Shown here in pieces: positions 1 through 8,572 of a stretch of 63,653 nt of DNA. Numbering within the stretch: position 1 is the first letter of the stretch; every line of letters begins with the position of its first letter. The notes under the pieces were generated by a model. That model was given only the letters and a program-made list of their open reading frames with translations, was not told where the DNA came from and did not search any database. A program made the translations under genes and the position numbers. The stretch is from Clostridia bacterium (GTDB taxonomy: Bacteria; Bacillota; Clostridia; Oscillospirales; CAG-272): positions 1 through 63,653 of the forward strand of contig JAFTMJ010000003.1 in the NCBI GenBank assembly GCA_017452475.1, written 5' to 3'.

Positions 1-63
1 GTGGTACAATTAGATTTAAAGCAAAACGATTGAAAAGCAGACGGAAGGGTTGTAAGTATGTTA

Positions 64-1212
64 TTACTCAATAATCGTGTTAACCATATTCTTGATTTTA
101 TTGTGGGTACAGTCGTGCTGGGGGTTAAGCATCTGCTGACCGTAAACAATAGTTATCTGCTTTTCCGGGTCAATAGAGCACAAAAAGCCTGCGGCGCCGT
201 CCCAACCAAACTCACCTATTGAGGTAAGGTTGCCGCCTCTGCCCACACCAATCTTTGTCCTTACGCCGAAGCCGTAGCCGTATTCGTGGTTGGACATCCA
301 GGAGGAAAAGTCACGGTACATTTGGCTGTCAGTTGGCAAGGTGTTTGTGCGCATTAGATTTACGCTTGCCTTTGATAAAATCCTTGCTCCGTTTTCGCCA
401 ACGCCGTAGTTTGTCATTGCGTAGGCAAACTTAGCGTAGTCATCAACAGAGGTAATAACGCCCGCACCTCCAGAGTCATACTCCTCGCCGAAGATGTAAG
501 CATTTTTCTTTTCAACAAGCATAGCCTCATTTACAGAGTAGTCAAATTGATACTGTGTCATTACACGAGGTTCAATCTCGGGGGTCATATGGTAATATGC
601 TTCCATTCCAAGAGGGTCGAAAATAACACGTTTAACATAGTCACTGAACCTTTCTCCTGTGGAGGCTTCAACAAGCGCCGCTACAATATCGTGGCAAAGG
701 CTATATTGCCATCTTGTGCCCGGCTCAAAGTCAAGCCCCATTTTTGCGATGGCATTTGCAATTTCAAGGGTGGGAGCCTTAGGATTTTTTGCAACCGCTT
801 CCCTTATTTCGGGGGATTGGCAATCATAGTTAAAGCCTGCGGTCATATTGAAAATATCGTGTATTCTTATAAAATCCTTGGCAGGCTCAAGGGTTAGCTT
901 GCCGTTTTCATCATATCTTTTAATTTTAACATCCTTAAAGGCAGGCAAATACCACCAAAGTGGGTGGCCCATTAAAAATTTGCCCTCCTCCATAGCGCGC
1001 AAGCCTGCCGCGCAGGTAATGGGCTTGGAAGCGGAGTAGAGCATATAAAGCTCATCTCCCCTCATAGGCACCTTGTTTTCCCTGTCCTTGTAGCCGCATT
1101 GGTATCTGAAAATCTCACGACCCTTGTGTAAAACCTTTAGGTCAAGCCCCGGCACCTTTTCACGCACAGGAATAGTGTCAAGATATTTTTGCAAAGCAGA
1201 AAATGTATACAT
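64..1212 (-). CDS. Serine hydrolase, beta-lactamase class C/esterase family
   Basis: SxxK motif (YSASK), WQYS, FGWDGAAG C-terminal motif; 382 aa. Confidence 0.85.
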   Translation of the reverse strand: MYTFSALQKYLDTIPVREKVPGLDLKVLHKGREIFRYQCGYKDRENKVPMRGDELYMLYSASKPITCAAGLRAMEEGKFLMGHPLWWYLPAFKDVKIKRYDENGKLTLEPAKDFIRIHDIFNMTAGFNYDCQSPEIREAVAKNPKAPTLEIANAIAKMGLDFEPGTRWQYSLCHDIVAALVEASTGERFSDYVKRVIFDPLGMEAYYHMTPEIEPRVMTQYQFDYSVNEAMLVEKKNAYIFGEEYDSGGAGVITSVDDYAKFAYAMTNYGVGENGARILSKASVNLMRTNTLPTDSQMYRDFSSWMSNHEYGYGFGVRTKIGVGRGGNLTSIGEFGWDGAAGFLCSIDPEKQITIVYGQQMLNPQHDCTHNKIKNMVNTIIE

Positions 1213-1290
1213 TTTAGTTCTCCTTAGAATTTACTGAATACATAATAACATAAATTCAAGGGAAAAAGCAATATTTTCAAGAAAAATACA

Positions 1291-1319
1291 TTGATTTTAG
1301 TTAAATAAAATGATAGAAT
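1291..1319 (+). promoter_or_regulatory. sigmaA-type promoter for DUF1292-ClC-ARH cluster
   Basis: TTGATT (1291-1296), 17-bp spacer, TG-extended TAGAAT (1314-1319). Confidence 0.55.
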
Positions 1320-1421
1320 ATAGATATATTATGCATAAAGTCACATTCCCGTAGCCAAAAAATCGGCAAGAGCTTTTAATGCAGTATAAGGCTAAACGGT
1401 GGGTGCGCAAAAGGAGTAATT

Positions 1422-1718
1422 ATGTCAAACGAAGAATTGTATGAAAATGATGACTGTGTTGTTTTGAAAAACGCTGATGGCGAAGAGGTTGAATTTATAG
1501 AAATTGCGGGCATTGCGTATGAGGGCAAGTTCTATGCAATTTTGCAGCCTGTTGAGCGTTTTGATGGCATGGCTGATGATGAGGCGCTTGTTTTCGAGGT
1601 GTCAAGAATGTCAGACGGCAACGATAACTTCACAATAGTTTTGGATGATGAAATCATAGATGGGGTTTTCGGCGTATACTACAAGCTTCTTGACGAGGCA
1701 GACGAGGACAACAAATAA
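1422..1718 (+). CDS. DUF1292-like small acidic protein
   Basis: 98 aa, very acidic, L.N.DGEEVEF...Y..L.P pattern typical of DUF1292; AGGAG RBS. Confidence 0.75.
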   Translation: MSNEELYENDDCVVLKNADGEEVEFIEIAGIAYEGKFYAILQPVERFDGMADDEALVFEVSRMSDGNDNFTIVLDDEIIDGVFGVYYKLLDEADEDNK

Positions 1719-1727
1719 CCGAGCAAA

Positions 1728-3329
1728 ATGGGTATAAAAAAGAATTTTCAAAAGTACAAGGGCTTTATCCTGAATTTGTTGGTGCCTGCCCTTGTTTTTG
1801 GTTTTATAACGGGAGCGTTTACCTCCACCGTAGTAATACTGTACAAGCTGTGCGCATCGTATGTTATTGATTTTTCAGAGGTAGCATACAGCTTCCTTCG
1901 GTCACATTTGTACCTTTTACCTGCCGTGGCGGTTGCCCTGCTTGGGGTGAGTTGGCTTCTTGCTTGGATTTACAAAGGCTCGCCAAACCTAAAGGGCGGC
2001 GGCATTCCAACATCTGTCGGTGTGCTTCGCGGTCTTATAACATTTAAATGGCTAAGAAACCTAATTGGTGTTTTCTTTTTGTCCCTAAGCTCATTTTTAA
2101 TAGGTGTTCCCTTGGGTAACGAGGGTCCATCTGTTCAAATGGGTACCGCAATCGGTAGGGGCAGTGTCTATATGTTTGCAAAAAAGCACAGGGCATGGGA
2201 TAGGTATTCTATGACAGGCGGCGCCTGTGCAGGCTTTTCTGTTGCCACGGGCGCGCCAATTTCGGGCATACTTTTTGCTATTGAGGAGGCACACCAAAGA
2301 ATTTCTCCAACAATAGTTATTGTGGCATCCTCCTCTGTTATGTTTGCAAACATAACATCTAAGCTTTTGTGTCCTCTTGTGGGCGTTAGCGAAAGGCTTT
2401 TTGAAATTCCTGCAATTCCAACCCTTGATATAACGGATTATTTTATTCCTCTAATTGTTGGGTTGGTTGTGGGTATGTTCAGTGTCTTGTTCTTGCATTA
2501 TTACCGTTTTTTGGATTTTGTGCTTGACCGGGTATTTTCCAAAATCCCACACTTTGTAAAAATATTTATGGTTCTTGTGCTAACCGTTGCCTTTGGCTTG
2601 ATTTCCACATCCTTTGTTTCTACAGGTCACCACCTTATTTTAGATTTGTTTGTAAATAACACATCAGTGTGGTTGCTTTTGGGCATTTTGGCAGTGCGTA
2701 TGACCCTTACCCTGTCTGCCAATTCAACCGGAGTAACAGGCGGCACCTTTATTCCTATTTTGGCAATAGGCGTTCTGGTTTCATCAATTATCGCTAACTG
2801 CCTTTTGGCGCTGGGAGTTGACAGCAGCTTGTATACCGTAATTCTTGTTTTGGGAATTACCGCTTGCATTGCGGGAAGTATGAAAATGCCCTTGACGGCT
2901 ATTATCTTTTCCGTGGAGGCGTTGTCCTGCTATGACAACCTTTTGCCTGTAATAATTACCGCATTTATCGCATATTTGGTTACGGAGCTGTTTGGCGCTA
3001 AATCAATTAGTGATGCAACCATTGAAATGCGTGAGGAATATGAGGAAAAGGGTAAGGCGGTAACTACTGTTGATACCTTTGTCACAGTTCAAAGGGGCGC
3101 ATTTGCCATCGGTAAGCAGATAAGAGATATTTTCTGGCCAAGGAACCTTTTTGTTCTGTCCCTTCAGCATATTTCAAGCGAAACAGAGGTTGATGAGCAC
3201 GGCGGCAAGGAAATCCGCGAGGGGGATATTTTGCACATAAGATATTCAACGACGGAAAATGACGTAACAAAAGGTGAGCTGTTAGCCATAGTTGGTGAGC
3301 AGGATATAAATGAGGAGTGCGAGCAATGA
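1728..3329 (+). CDS. ClC-family anion channel/antiporter with C-terminal RCK_C (TrkA-C)-like domain
   Basis: GGGIP, GNEGPSVQ, GILFAIEE and GGTFIP signature motifs; many TM helices; soluble C-terminal domain GKQIRDIFWP...IREGDIL. Confidence 0.85.
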   Translation: MGIKKNFQKYKGFILNLLVPALVFGFITGAFTSTVVILYKLCASYVIDFSEVAYSFLRSHLYLLPAVAVALLGVSWLLAWIYKGSPNLKGGGIPTSVGVLRGLITFKWLRNLIGVFFLSLSSFLIGVPLGNEGPSVQMGTAIGRGSVYMFAKKHRAWDRYSMTGGACAGFSVATGAPISGILFAIEEAHQRISPTIVIVASSSVMFANITSKLLCPLVGVSERLFEIPAIPTLDITDYFIPLIVGLVVGMFSVLFLHYYRFLDFVLDRVFSKIPHFVKIFMVLVLTVAFGLISTSFVSTGHHLILDLFVNNTSVWLLLGILAVRMTLTLSANSTGVTGGTFIPILAIGVLVSSIIANCLLALGVDSSLYTVILVLGITACIAGSMKMPLTAIIFSVEALSCYDNLLPVIITAFIAYLVTELFGAKSISDATIEMREEYEEKGKAVTTVDTFVTVQRGAFAIGKQIRDIFWPRNLFVLSLQHISSETEVDEHGGKEIREGDILHIRYSTTENDVTKGELLAIVGEQDINEECEQ

Positions 3330-4114
3330 AGGGTGCAATTTTAGGTGACATAGTTGGCTCTTTATATGAGTTCTCGTCGGATAAAACAAAGGATTTTGTT
3401 TTTCTTACTCCAAGCTGTCATTTGACGGATGACAGTCTAATGACCATTGCCGTTGGGTGTGCCTGCGCCACCTCTGATATAACCGACAAGGATAGTTTTC
3501 AGGCTACCCTGTGTCGATTAATGCGGGAAATTGGTAATATGTATCCGTATGCAGGCTACGGCAGAGGCTTTTATGATTGGCTGACAAATGAGGATATGGG
3601 TCCCTATAATAGCTTCGGTAACGGTAGCGCAATGCGTGTATCCCCTGTGGCTTGGGCTGCCTCCACACTGCACGAAGCGGAAAGGCTGGCTAAGTGGAGC
3701 GCTGAGGTTACCCATAACCACGAGGAGGGCATTAAAGGGGCGCAAGCAATTGCCTCCTGCATTTTTCTTGCCAAAAGCGGAAAAAGCAAGGAAGATATTC
3801 GCAAATATGTGGAGAAGAATTACTATTCCTTGGATTTTACCTTAGACGAGATAAGACCGAGCTACCGCTTTGATGTTACCTGTCAAAGTAGTGTGCCCCA
3901 GGGTATAATGTGCTTTTTGGAAAGCGAGAGCTTTGAGGATGCCATAAGAAATGCTGTTTCCTTGGGTGGTGACGGTGACACAATTGCCGCAATGGCAGGC
4001 TCAATTGCCGAGGCATGCTACGGCATCCCAAGCGAGCTTGAGGACAAAATTCTTGATTATATCGATAGCGACCTTATTGATTATTATAATACCTATATTG
4101 ATGAACTATATTAA
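3326..4114 (+). CDS. ADP-ribosylglycohydrolase (DraG/ARH family)
   Basis: GAILGDIVGS, TDDS, SFGNGSAMR, GGDGDT motifs; ATG at 3326 overlaps ClC stop (ATGA). Confidence 0.88.
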   Translation: MKGAILGDIVGSLYEFSSDKTKDFVFLTPSCHLTDDSLMTIAVGCACATSDITDKDSFQATLCRLMREIGNMYPYAGYGRGFYDWLTNEDMGPYNSFGNGSAMRVSPVAWAASTLHEAERLAKWSAEVTHNHEEGIKGAQAIASCIFLAKSGKSKEDIRKYVEKNYYSLDFTLDEIRPSYRFDVTCQSSVPQGIMCFLESESFEDAIRNAVSLGGDGDTIAAMAGSIAEACYGIPSELEDKILDYIDSDLIDYYNTYIDELY

Positions 4115-4144
4115 AAAAGCTGTTGCAACCGCAACAGCTTTTTT
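4113..4144. terminator. Bidirectional intrinsic terminator
   Basis: AAAAAAGCTGTTGC-AACC-GCAACAGCTTTTTT between convergent genes. Confidence 0.85.
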
Positions 4145-4150
4145 AATTGG

Positions 4151-4762
4151 TTATTCAATTTTCTCAAAATCGGTGGCGCCGTGCTTGCAAATTGGGCAAA
4201 TGAAGTCATCGGGCAGGGTGTCACTTTCGTGAACATAACCGCATATTTTACACACATACCCTTTCTTTTTCTCCTGCTTCTTAGGCTTTACATTCTGGTG
4301 GTAGTAGTCATAGGTCATGCTTGGTTCATCCCCCATATGGGTTGCCTCGGTAACCTTGCAAATGAAAAGACCGTGAGAGCCTAAATCCACATATTCTAAA
4401 ACCTCAAGAGAGAAGAACGCATTTACAATCTCACCGGAAAGCACCGCCAAGCCGTTTTGGCTTTTCCAGTGGAACACATCCTTAAACTTGTCATTATCCT
4501 TGCCGCTTTGAAAGCCGAAATTTTTAAAAATGTCAAAGGGAGTGTCTGTATTTAAACAGTTTACATTCATTTTCCCCGTGCTTTTAATAACATCGTGGGA
4601 GTAGTTTTGCTTGCTGATTGATACACTTAAGGTAAGTGGAGTGCTTGATTGTTGAACAACCGTGTTTACAATTAACCCATTGTCCTTTTCTCCGTCATTA
4701 CAGGTGACAACATAAAGCCCGTAGCTTATCTTAAAAAGTGAAGCATTATCAAATTTTTCCAT
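4151..4762 (-). CDS. Flavin reductase domain protein with C-terminal rubredoxin-like domain
   Basis: SYGLYVVT, NGLIVNT, DLGSHGLFI flavin-reductase motifs; CKICG...CPIC tail; start set at MEKFD with AGGAG RBS. Confidence 0.85.
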   Translation of the reverse strand: MEKFDNASLFKISYGLYVVTCNDGEKDNGLIVNTVVQQSSTPLTLSVSISKQNYSHDVIKSTGKMNVNCLNTDTPFDIFKNFGFQSGKDNDKFKDVFHWKSQNGLAVLSGEIVNAFFSLEVLEYVDLGSHGLFICKVTEATHMGDEPSMTYDYYHQNVKPKKQEKKKGYVCKICGYVHESDTLPDDFICPICKHGATDFEKIE

Positions 4763-4801
4763 AATATAGCTCCTTTGTAGCTTTTCTACAAATAGTATAA
4801 C

Positions 4802-4830
4802 AAAAAAGCCTTGAATTAACAAGGCTTTTT
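4802..4830 (-). terminator. thrS terminator
   Basis: AAAAAAGCCTTG-N6-CAAGGCTTTTT directly after the thrS stop. Confidence 0.75.
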
Positions 4831-4837
4831 CTGTATT

Positions 4838-6766
4838 TTATCTTTTCTTTGTATCGATTTCTTCCTTAAGCATAGCTACCATTTGGTCAATTGGCATAAC
4901 ACCGCAGTCAATACCGCCGCGTGCACGCAGGGAAACTGTGCCGTTTTCCTTTTCGTTTGCGCCAACAACTACCACATAGTTTACCTTTTGGAGCTGTGCC
5001 TCTCTTATCCTCTTACCCATTGTTTCGTTACGGCAGTCAACCTCAACCCTCATACCCTGAGCGAGCATTTTGCTCTCAATTTCCTTTGCATAGTCATCAA
5101 AGTCAGAGTTAATAGGAATAATGGTTGCCTGTGTGGGGTTAAGCCACAGCGGCAATGCGCCTGCGTACTTTTCAAGGATAAGCGCAAGAGTTCTTTCGTA
5201 GCAGCCAAGAGATGTTCTGTGAATGATGTAAGGAGTTGCAAGCTGGTTGTTGGAGTCAACATATTCCATACCGAACTTCTTAGCCAAGAGCATATCAATC
5301 TGAATTGTAACAATAGTGTCCTCTTTGCCGAATACGTTCTTGCACTGAATGTCAAGCTTAGGACCGTAGAAGGCGGCCTCGTCAATACCGATTTCGTACT
5401 TCAAGCCGATTTCGTCAAGGAGCTTGCCCATAATCTCCTGCGCCTCATTCCACTGCTCGGCTGTGCCCTCGTACTTGTCTGTGCGGTTAGGGTCCCACTG
5501 TGAGAAGCGGAAGGTGCAGTCCTCCCAAAGACCAACAGTTTCAAGACAGTATTTTGCCAAGTCAAGGCAGCCCTTGAACTCCTCAGCAAGCTGGTCGGGG
5601 CGAAGCACCAAGTGACCCTCGGAAATTGTAAACTGTCTTACACGGATAAGACCGTGCATCTCGCCGCTGTCCTCGTTTCTAAACAGAGTAGAGGTTTCGC
5701 CAAGACGCATTGGCAGGTCTCTGTATGAGCGCTTCTTATTTAAAAATACCTGATATTGGAATGGGCAGGTCATAGGACGGAGTGCAAAGCATTCCTTTGT
5801 ATAGTCATCGGGGTCGCCCATAACAAACATACCGTCAAGATAGTGGTCCCAGTGGCCTGAAATCTTGTAAAGCTCACGCTTAGCCATCAAAGGTGTCTTA
5901 GTTAAAAGGTAGCCCCTCTTTTGCTCGGTGTCCTCAACCCAACGCTGCAAAAGCTGGATAACACGGGAGCCCTTAGGCAAAAGGATTGGCAAGCCCTGAC
6001 CTATTGAGTCAACTGTTGTAAAAAATTCAAGCTCACGGCCTATTTTGTTGTGGTCACGCTTTCTTGCCTCCTCCATAGCGGTTAAGTGTGCATTCAACTC
6101 ATCCTTAGATGGGAACGCAACGCCGTAAACTCTTTGGAGCTGCTTGTTCTTTTGGTCGCCCTTCCAGTATGCGCCTGTGCACTGTAAAAGCTTAAGAGCC
6201 TTAACTGCGCCTGTTGCAAAAAGGTGGGGTCCTGCGCAAAGGTCAACAAAATCGCCCTGCTGATAGAAGCTGATAACAGAGCCCTCGGGAAGCTCGTTAA
6301 TAAGCTGAACCTTGTAAGGCTCGCCCCTTTCCTCCATAAATTTAACGGCCTCATCTCTTGGAAGCTCAAAGCGTTCAACCTTCAAGTTTTCCTTAACTAT
6401 CTTCTTCATCTCATCCTCAAGCTTCTTGAGAACATCGGGAGAGAAGGCAACGTCGCTGTCAAAGTCATAGTAAAAGCCGTTTTCAATTGCAGGGCCTATT
6501 GTAAGCTTGGTTTCGGGGAACAATCTTTTTACCGCCTGCGCCAAAATGTGGGATGCAGTGTGCCAAAAAACGTGCTTGCCGTCAGCATCCGCAAAGGTTA
6601 AAAGCTCAACGCTCTGTCCGTCCTTAACAGGTGTGGTAAGACCGCATACAACACCGTCGCACTTAGCGGCAATAACGCTTCTGTCAACAAGCTCACCACG
6701 TCTTGCATGGTCAAAAACGCTTTCACCGGATACAAATTCAATTTCTTTTCCGTTAATAATAACCAT
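4838..6766 (-). CDS. thrS: Threonine--tRNA ligase
   Basis: TGS domain, HTASHILAQA, DLCAGPH, RPMTCP, AFYGPKLD, HRTSLG; start set at MVIING with GGAGG RBS. Confidence 0.97.
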   Translation of the reverse strand: MVIINGKEIEFVSGESVFDHARRGELVDRSVIAAKCDGVVCGLTTPVKDGQSVELLTFADADGKHVFWHTASHILAQAVKRLFPETKLTIGPAIENGFYYDFDSDVAFSPDVLKKLEDEMKKIVKENLKVERFELPRDEAVKFMEERGEPYKVQLINELPEGSVISFYQQGDFVDLCAGPHLFATGAVKALKLLQCTGAYWKGDQKNKQLQRVYGVAFPSKDELNAHLTAMEEARKRDHNKIGRELEFFTTVDSIGQGLPILLPKGSRVIQLLQRWVEDTEQKRGYLLTKTPLMAKRELYKISGHWDHYLDGMFVMGDPDDYTKECFALRPMTCPFQYQVFLNKKRSYRDLPMRLGETSTLFRNEDSGEMHGLIRVRQFTISEGHLVLRPDQLAEEFKGCLDLAKYCLETVGLWEDCTFRFSQWDPNRTDKYEGTAEQWNEAQEIMGKLLDEIGLKYEIGIDEAAFYGPKLDIQCKNVFGKEDTIVTIQIDMLLAKKFGMEYVDSNNQLATPYIIHRTSLGCYERTLALILEKYAGALPLWLNPTQATIIPINSDFDDYAKEIESKMLAQGMRVEVDCRNETMGKRIREAQLQKVNYVVVVGANEKENGTVSLRARGGIDCGVMPIDQMVAMLKEEIDTKKR

Positions 6767-6794
6767 TATATTTTCCTCCATTAAAAAATTCAAA

Positions 6795-6995
6795 AAATAA
6801 AACACCTCGACACATACCCTATAACAAAGGGCATTGTCGGGGTGCAGAAATATCCACACGGTTCCACCCGAGATTTAACTTAATTTTATAAAATTACAAA
6901 GGTGAGCGGTACCCTAAATACCAATTGCGGAGTTGCTTTCAGCCACGGCAACTCTCTCTGTACGCTTGAATTAAATAGGACATATTTCACCCGAA
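6795..6995 (-). promoter_or_regulatory. T-box riboswitch (Thr)
   Basis: T-box core GGGTGGAACCGTG (6857-6869, minus strand), AGAGA and GCTGAAA stem I motifs, ACC (Thr) candidate specifier at 6908-6910, terminator hairpin about 6800-6843 before thrS. Confidence 0.88.
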
Positions 6996-7021
6996 GCAAA
7001 ACAAAATTCTTACTTGTGAAC

Positions 7022-7050
7022 ATTATATCACCATAAAATTGCTTTGTCAA
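7022..7050 (-). promoter_or_regulatory. Consensus sigmaA promoter of thrS leader
   Basis: TTGACA (7045-7050), 17 bp, TG-extended TATAAT (7022-7027) on minus strand. Confidence 0.85.
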
Positions 7051-7124
7051 GTATAAATTATTAACAGTATATATGTTGACATTAAAGTGAAAAAATGTTA
7101 AAATTCAAAAAAGAGGTGAATGGA

Positions 7125-7544
7125 ATGAAGCTTAAATCTTATATAGCCGCCCTTGTGTCCCATTTGGTGGTTTTAATCGCCCTTGTTACCCCAATTATCC
7201 GCGCCAGCGATACAAGGACATCACTAACAGGCAACACAGAGTCAAGCAGCAGCTACTTAAATATTTTTCAATTTATCCAAACGGACCTATACAGCTTCAC
7301 ATCGGTTTTGATGCTGATTTTAGTGTTCATTCATTTTTTGGGCATTTCAAACGCAATTTACGGTATTGTAAAAAAGAAGTATAGCCACTGGTCAATTAAC
7401 CTAACATTTTTGTTTGGCTTTGCCTCTGCCCTTATGGGAGCTTTGCACCTATATTCAGGCTCATACGCCCTTTTTTCAATTTGTGCCGCATCTTTTTTGG
7501 TTATTTCCTTCTGCTCAATAAAGCTTATTAAATCAGAAGGCTAA
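7125..7544 (+). CDS. Hypothetical membrane protein (about 4 TM)
   Basis: Hydrophobic ORF; GAGGTG RBS upstream of ATG 7125 (alternative start 7095). Confidence 0.65.
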   Translation: MKLKSYIAALVSHLVVLIALVTPIIRASDTRTSLTGNTESSSSYLNIFQFIQTDLYSFTSVLMLILVFIHFLGISNAIYGIVKKKYSHWSINLTFLFGFASALMGALHLYSGSYALFSICAASFLVISFCSIKLIKSEG

Positions 7545-7555
7545 ATTATAACAAT

Positions 7556-7589
7556 AAATCCCCTCTCGGATTTGCCGAGAGGGGATTTT
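7556..7589. terminator. Bidirectional intrinsic terminator
   Basis: AAATCCCCTCTCGG-ATTTG-CCGAGAGGGGATTT between convergent genes. Confidence 0.85.
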
Positions 7590-7625
7590 GTTCGTTTGAA
7601 AATCGGTTCGTTTAAATAGGATAGA

Positions 7626-8564
7626 TTAAAGCTCCCAGCCGCCAAGCCAGCCTTCAAAGCCCTCGTAAACCTTGTTAAGCTCGCTCTTTAGCTCGTCGCC
7701 GCCGTTGATTGAATAAATGTTATCAAACCTGTCAAATTTTTCAACGTACTTATACTCGCTTGTGTACTCACCGTTATAAAGCTTGTTATACGCCTTCTTT
7801 GCAAGTGCCTCAGCCTGCCTTATGTTAGTAACCAAGTCCTTAAAGGCGGTCTTGTCAATCGCTTCAATCTTTTTAATTAGATTGTTAAAGTATTCAGGGT
7901 CAGTGCCGTAGCTCTTGTTTCCCTTTTCAAGGGTGTTCTTTGCATCATCTGCATAAAGATAGAAGCCGCCCTGCTTGTTTCCCTCATCGTCGGTGTAGTA
8001 ATTTACAAAGTACTCGTTCCACTTGCAAACAAAATCAACATAGTCATACATTTTGTATATCTCATCAATTATACCGCTTTGGGCAAATTTTTCCCAAACC
8101 GCAAAGTTTGCGCCCATATCGGAGCTTGTTAAGGTTTCGTATTCCGCATCAACAATTTTAAAGTTGAACTTGTAGCCGTATGGGTCGGTAAAGTAGTCGT
8201 TAACACTTGGGGCAACCGCCAGGGTTCCTCTTACCCTAACCGCGGAGGCGGTGTAGTCAAACCTTTCTCCGTTCTTTGGATAAACCTCGATGGTGTTTGA
8301 AAGCTCTGTTGTATTAGGCACACAGAAGGGGCAGCTTTGGTATGGCATATTCATCAAGAAGATGAAGGAGCCGTTAACAGGGGAAGAGGTGGCGATATAG
8401 CCGTTTATCTCAACGCTTTCACCGTCGATAGACTTTAAATAATCGTAGCTAAGGGTTGATTTAAAGCTTAACTTTATAAAATCATCTTCTCCGCAGGCAA
8501 CCGCCAAGGGGAGCAGAGTACAAATGCAAAGAATTATGCAAAGGAACTTTATAAAATTCTTCAT
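7626..8564 (-). CDS. Putative lipoprotein with DUF3299-like N-terminal domain (CPFC) plus helical C-terminal domain
   Basis: Signal peptide ending in lipobox-like AVA-C; FLMNMPYQSCPFCVPN...IEV resembles DUF3299; last gene of ABC operon. Confidence 0.6.
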   Translation of the reverse strand: MKNFIKFLCIILCICTLLPLAVACGEDDFIKLSFKSTLSYDYLKSIDGESVEINGYIATSSPVNGSFIFLMNMPYQSCPFCVPNTTELSNTIEVYPKNGERFDYTASAVRVRGTLAVAPSVNDYFTDPYGYKFNFKIVDAEYETLTSSDMGANFAVWEKFAQSGIIDEIYKMYDYVDFVCKWNEYFVNYYTDDEGNKQGGFYLYADDAKNTLEKGNKSYGTDPEYFNNLIKKIEAIDKTAFKDLVTNIRQAEALAKKAYNKLYNGEYTSEYKYVEKFDRFDNIYSINGGDELKSELNKVYEGFEGWLGGWEL

Positions 8565-8572
8565 TTCTTCTC

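Noticed and set aside
64-1212. Antibiotic-resistance beta-lactamase call
   Set aside because: No signal peptide, and the motifs fit the broad esterase/serine hydrolase branch; resistance cannot be inferred
1326-1421. Fluoride riboswitch upstream of ClC
   Set aside because: No GGnGAUGG...GCUAAUGAC landmarks, and the ClC lacks CLC-F motifs
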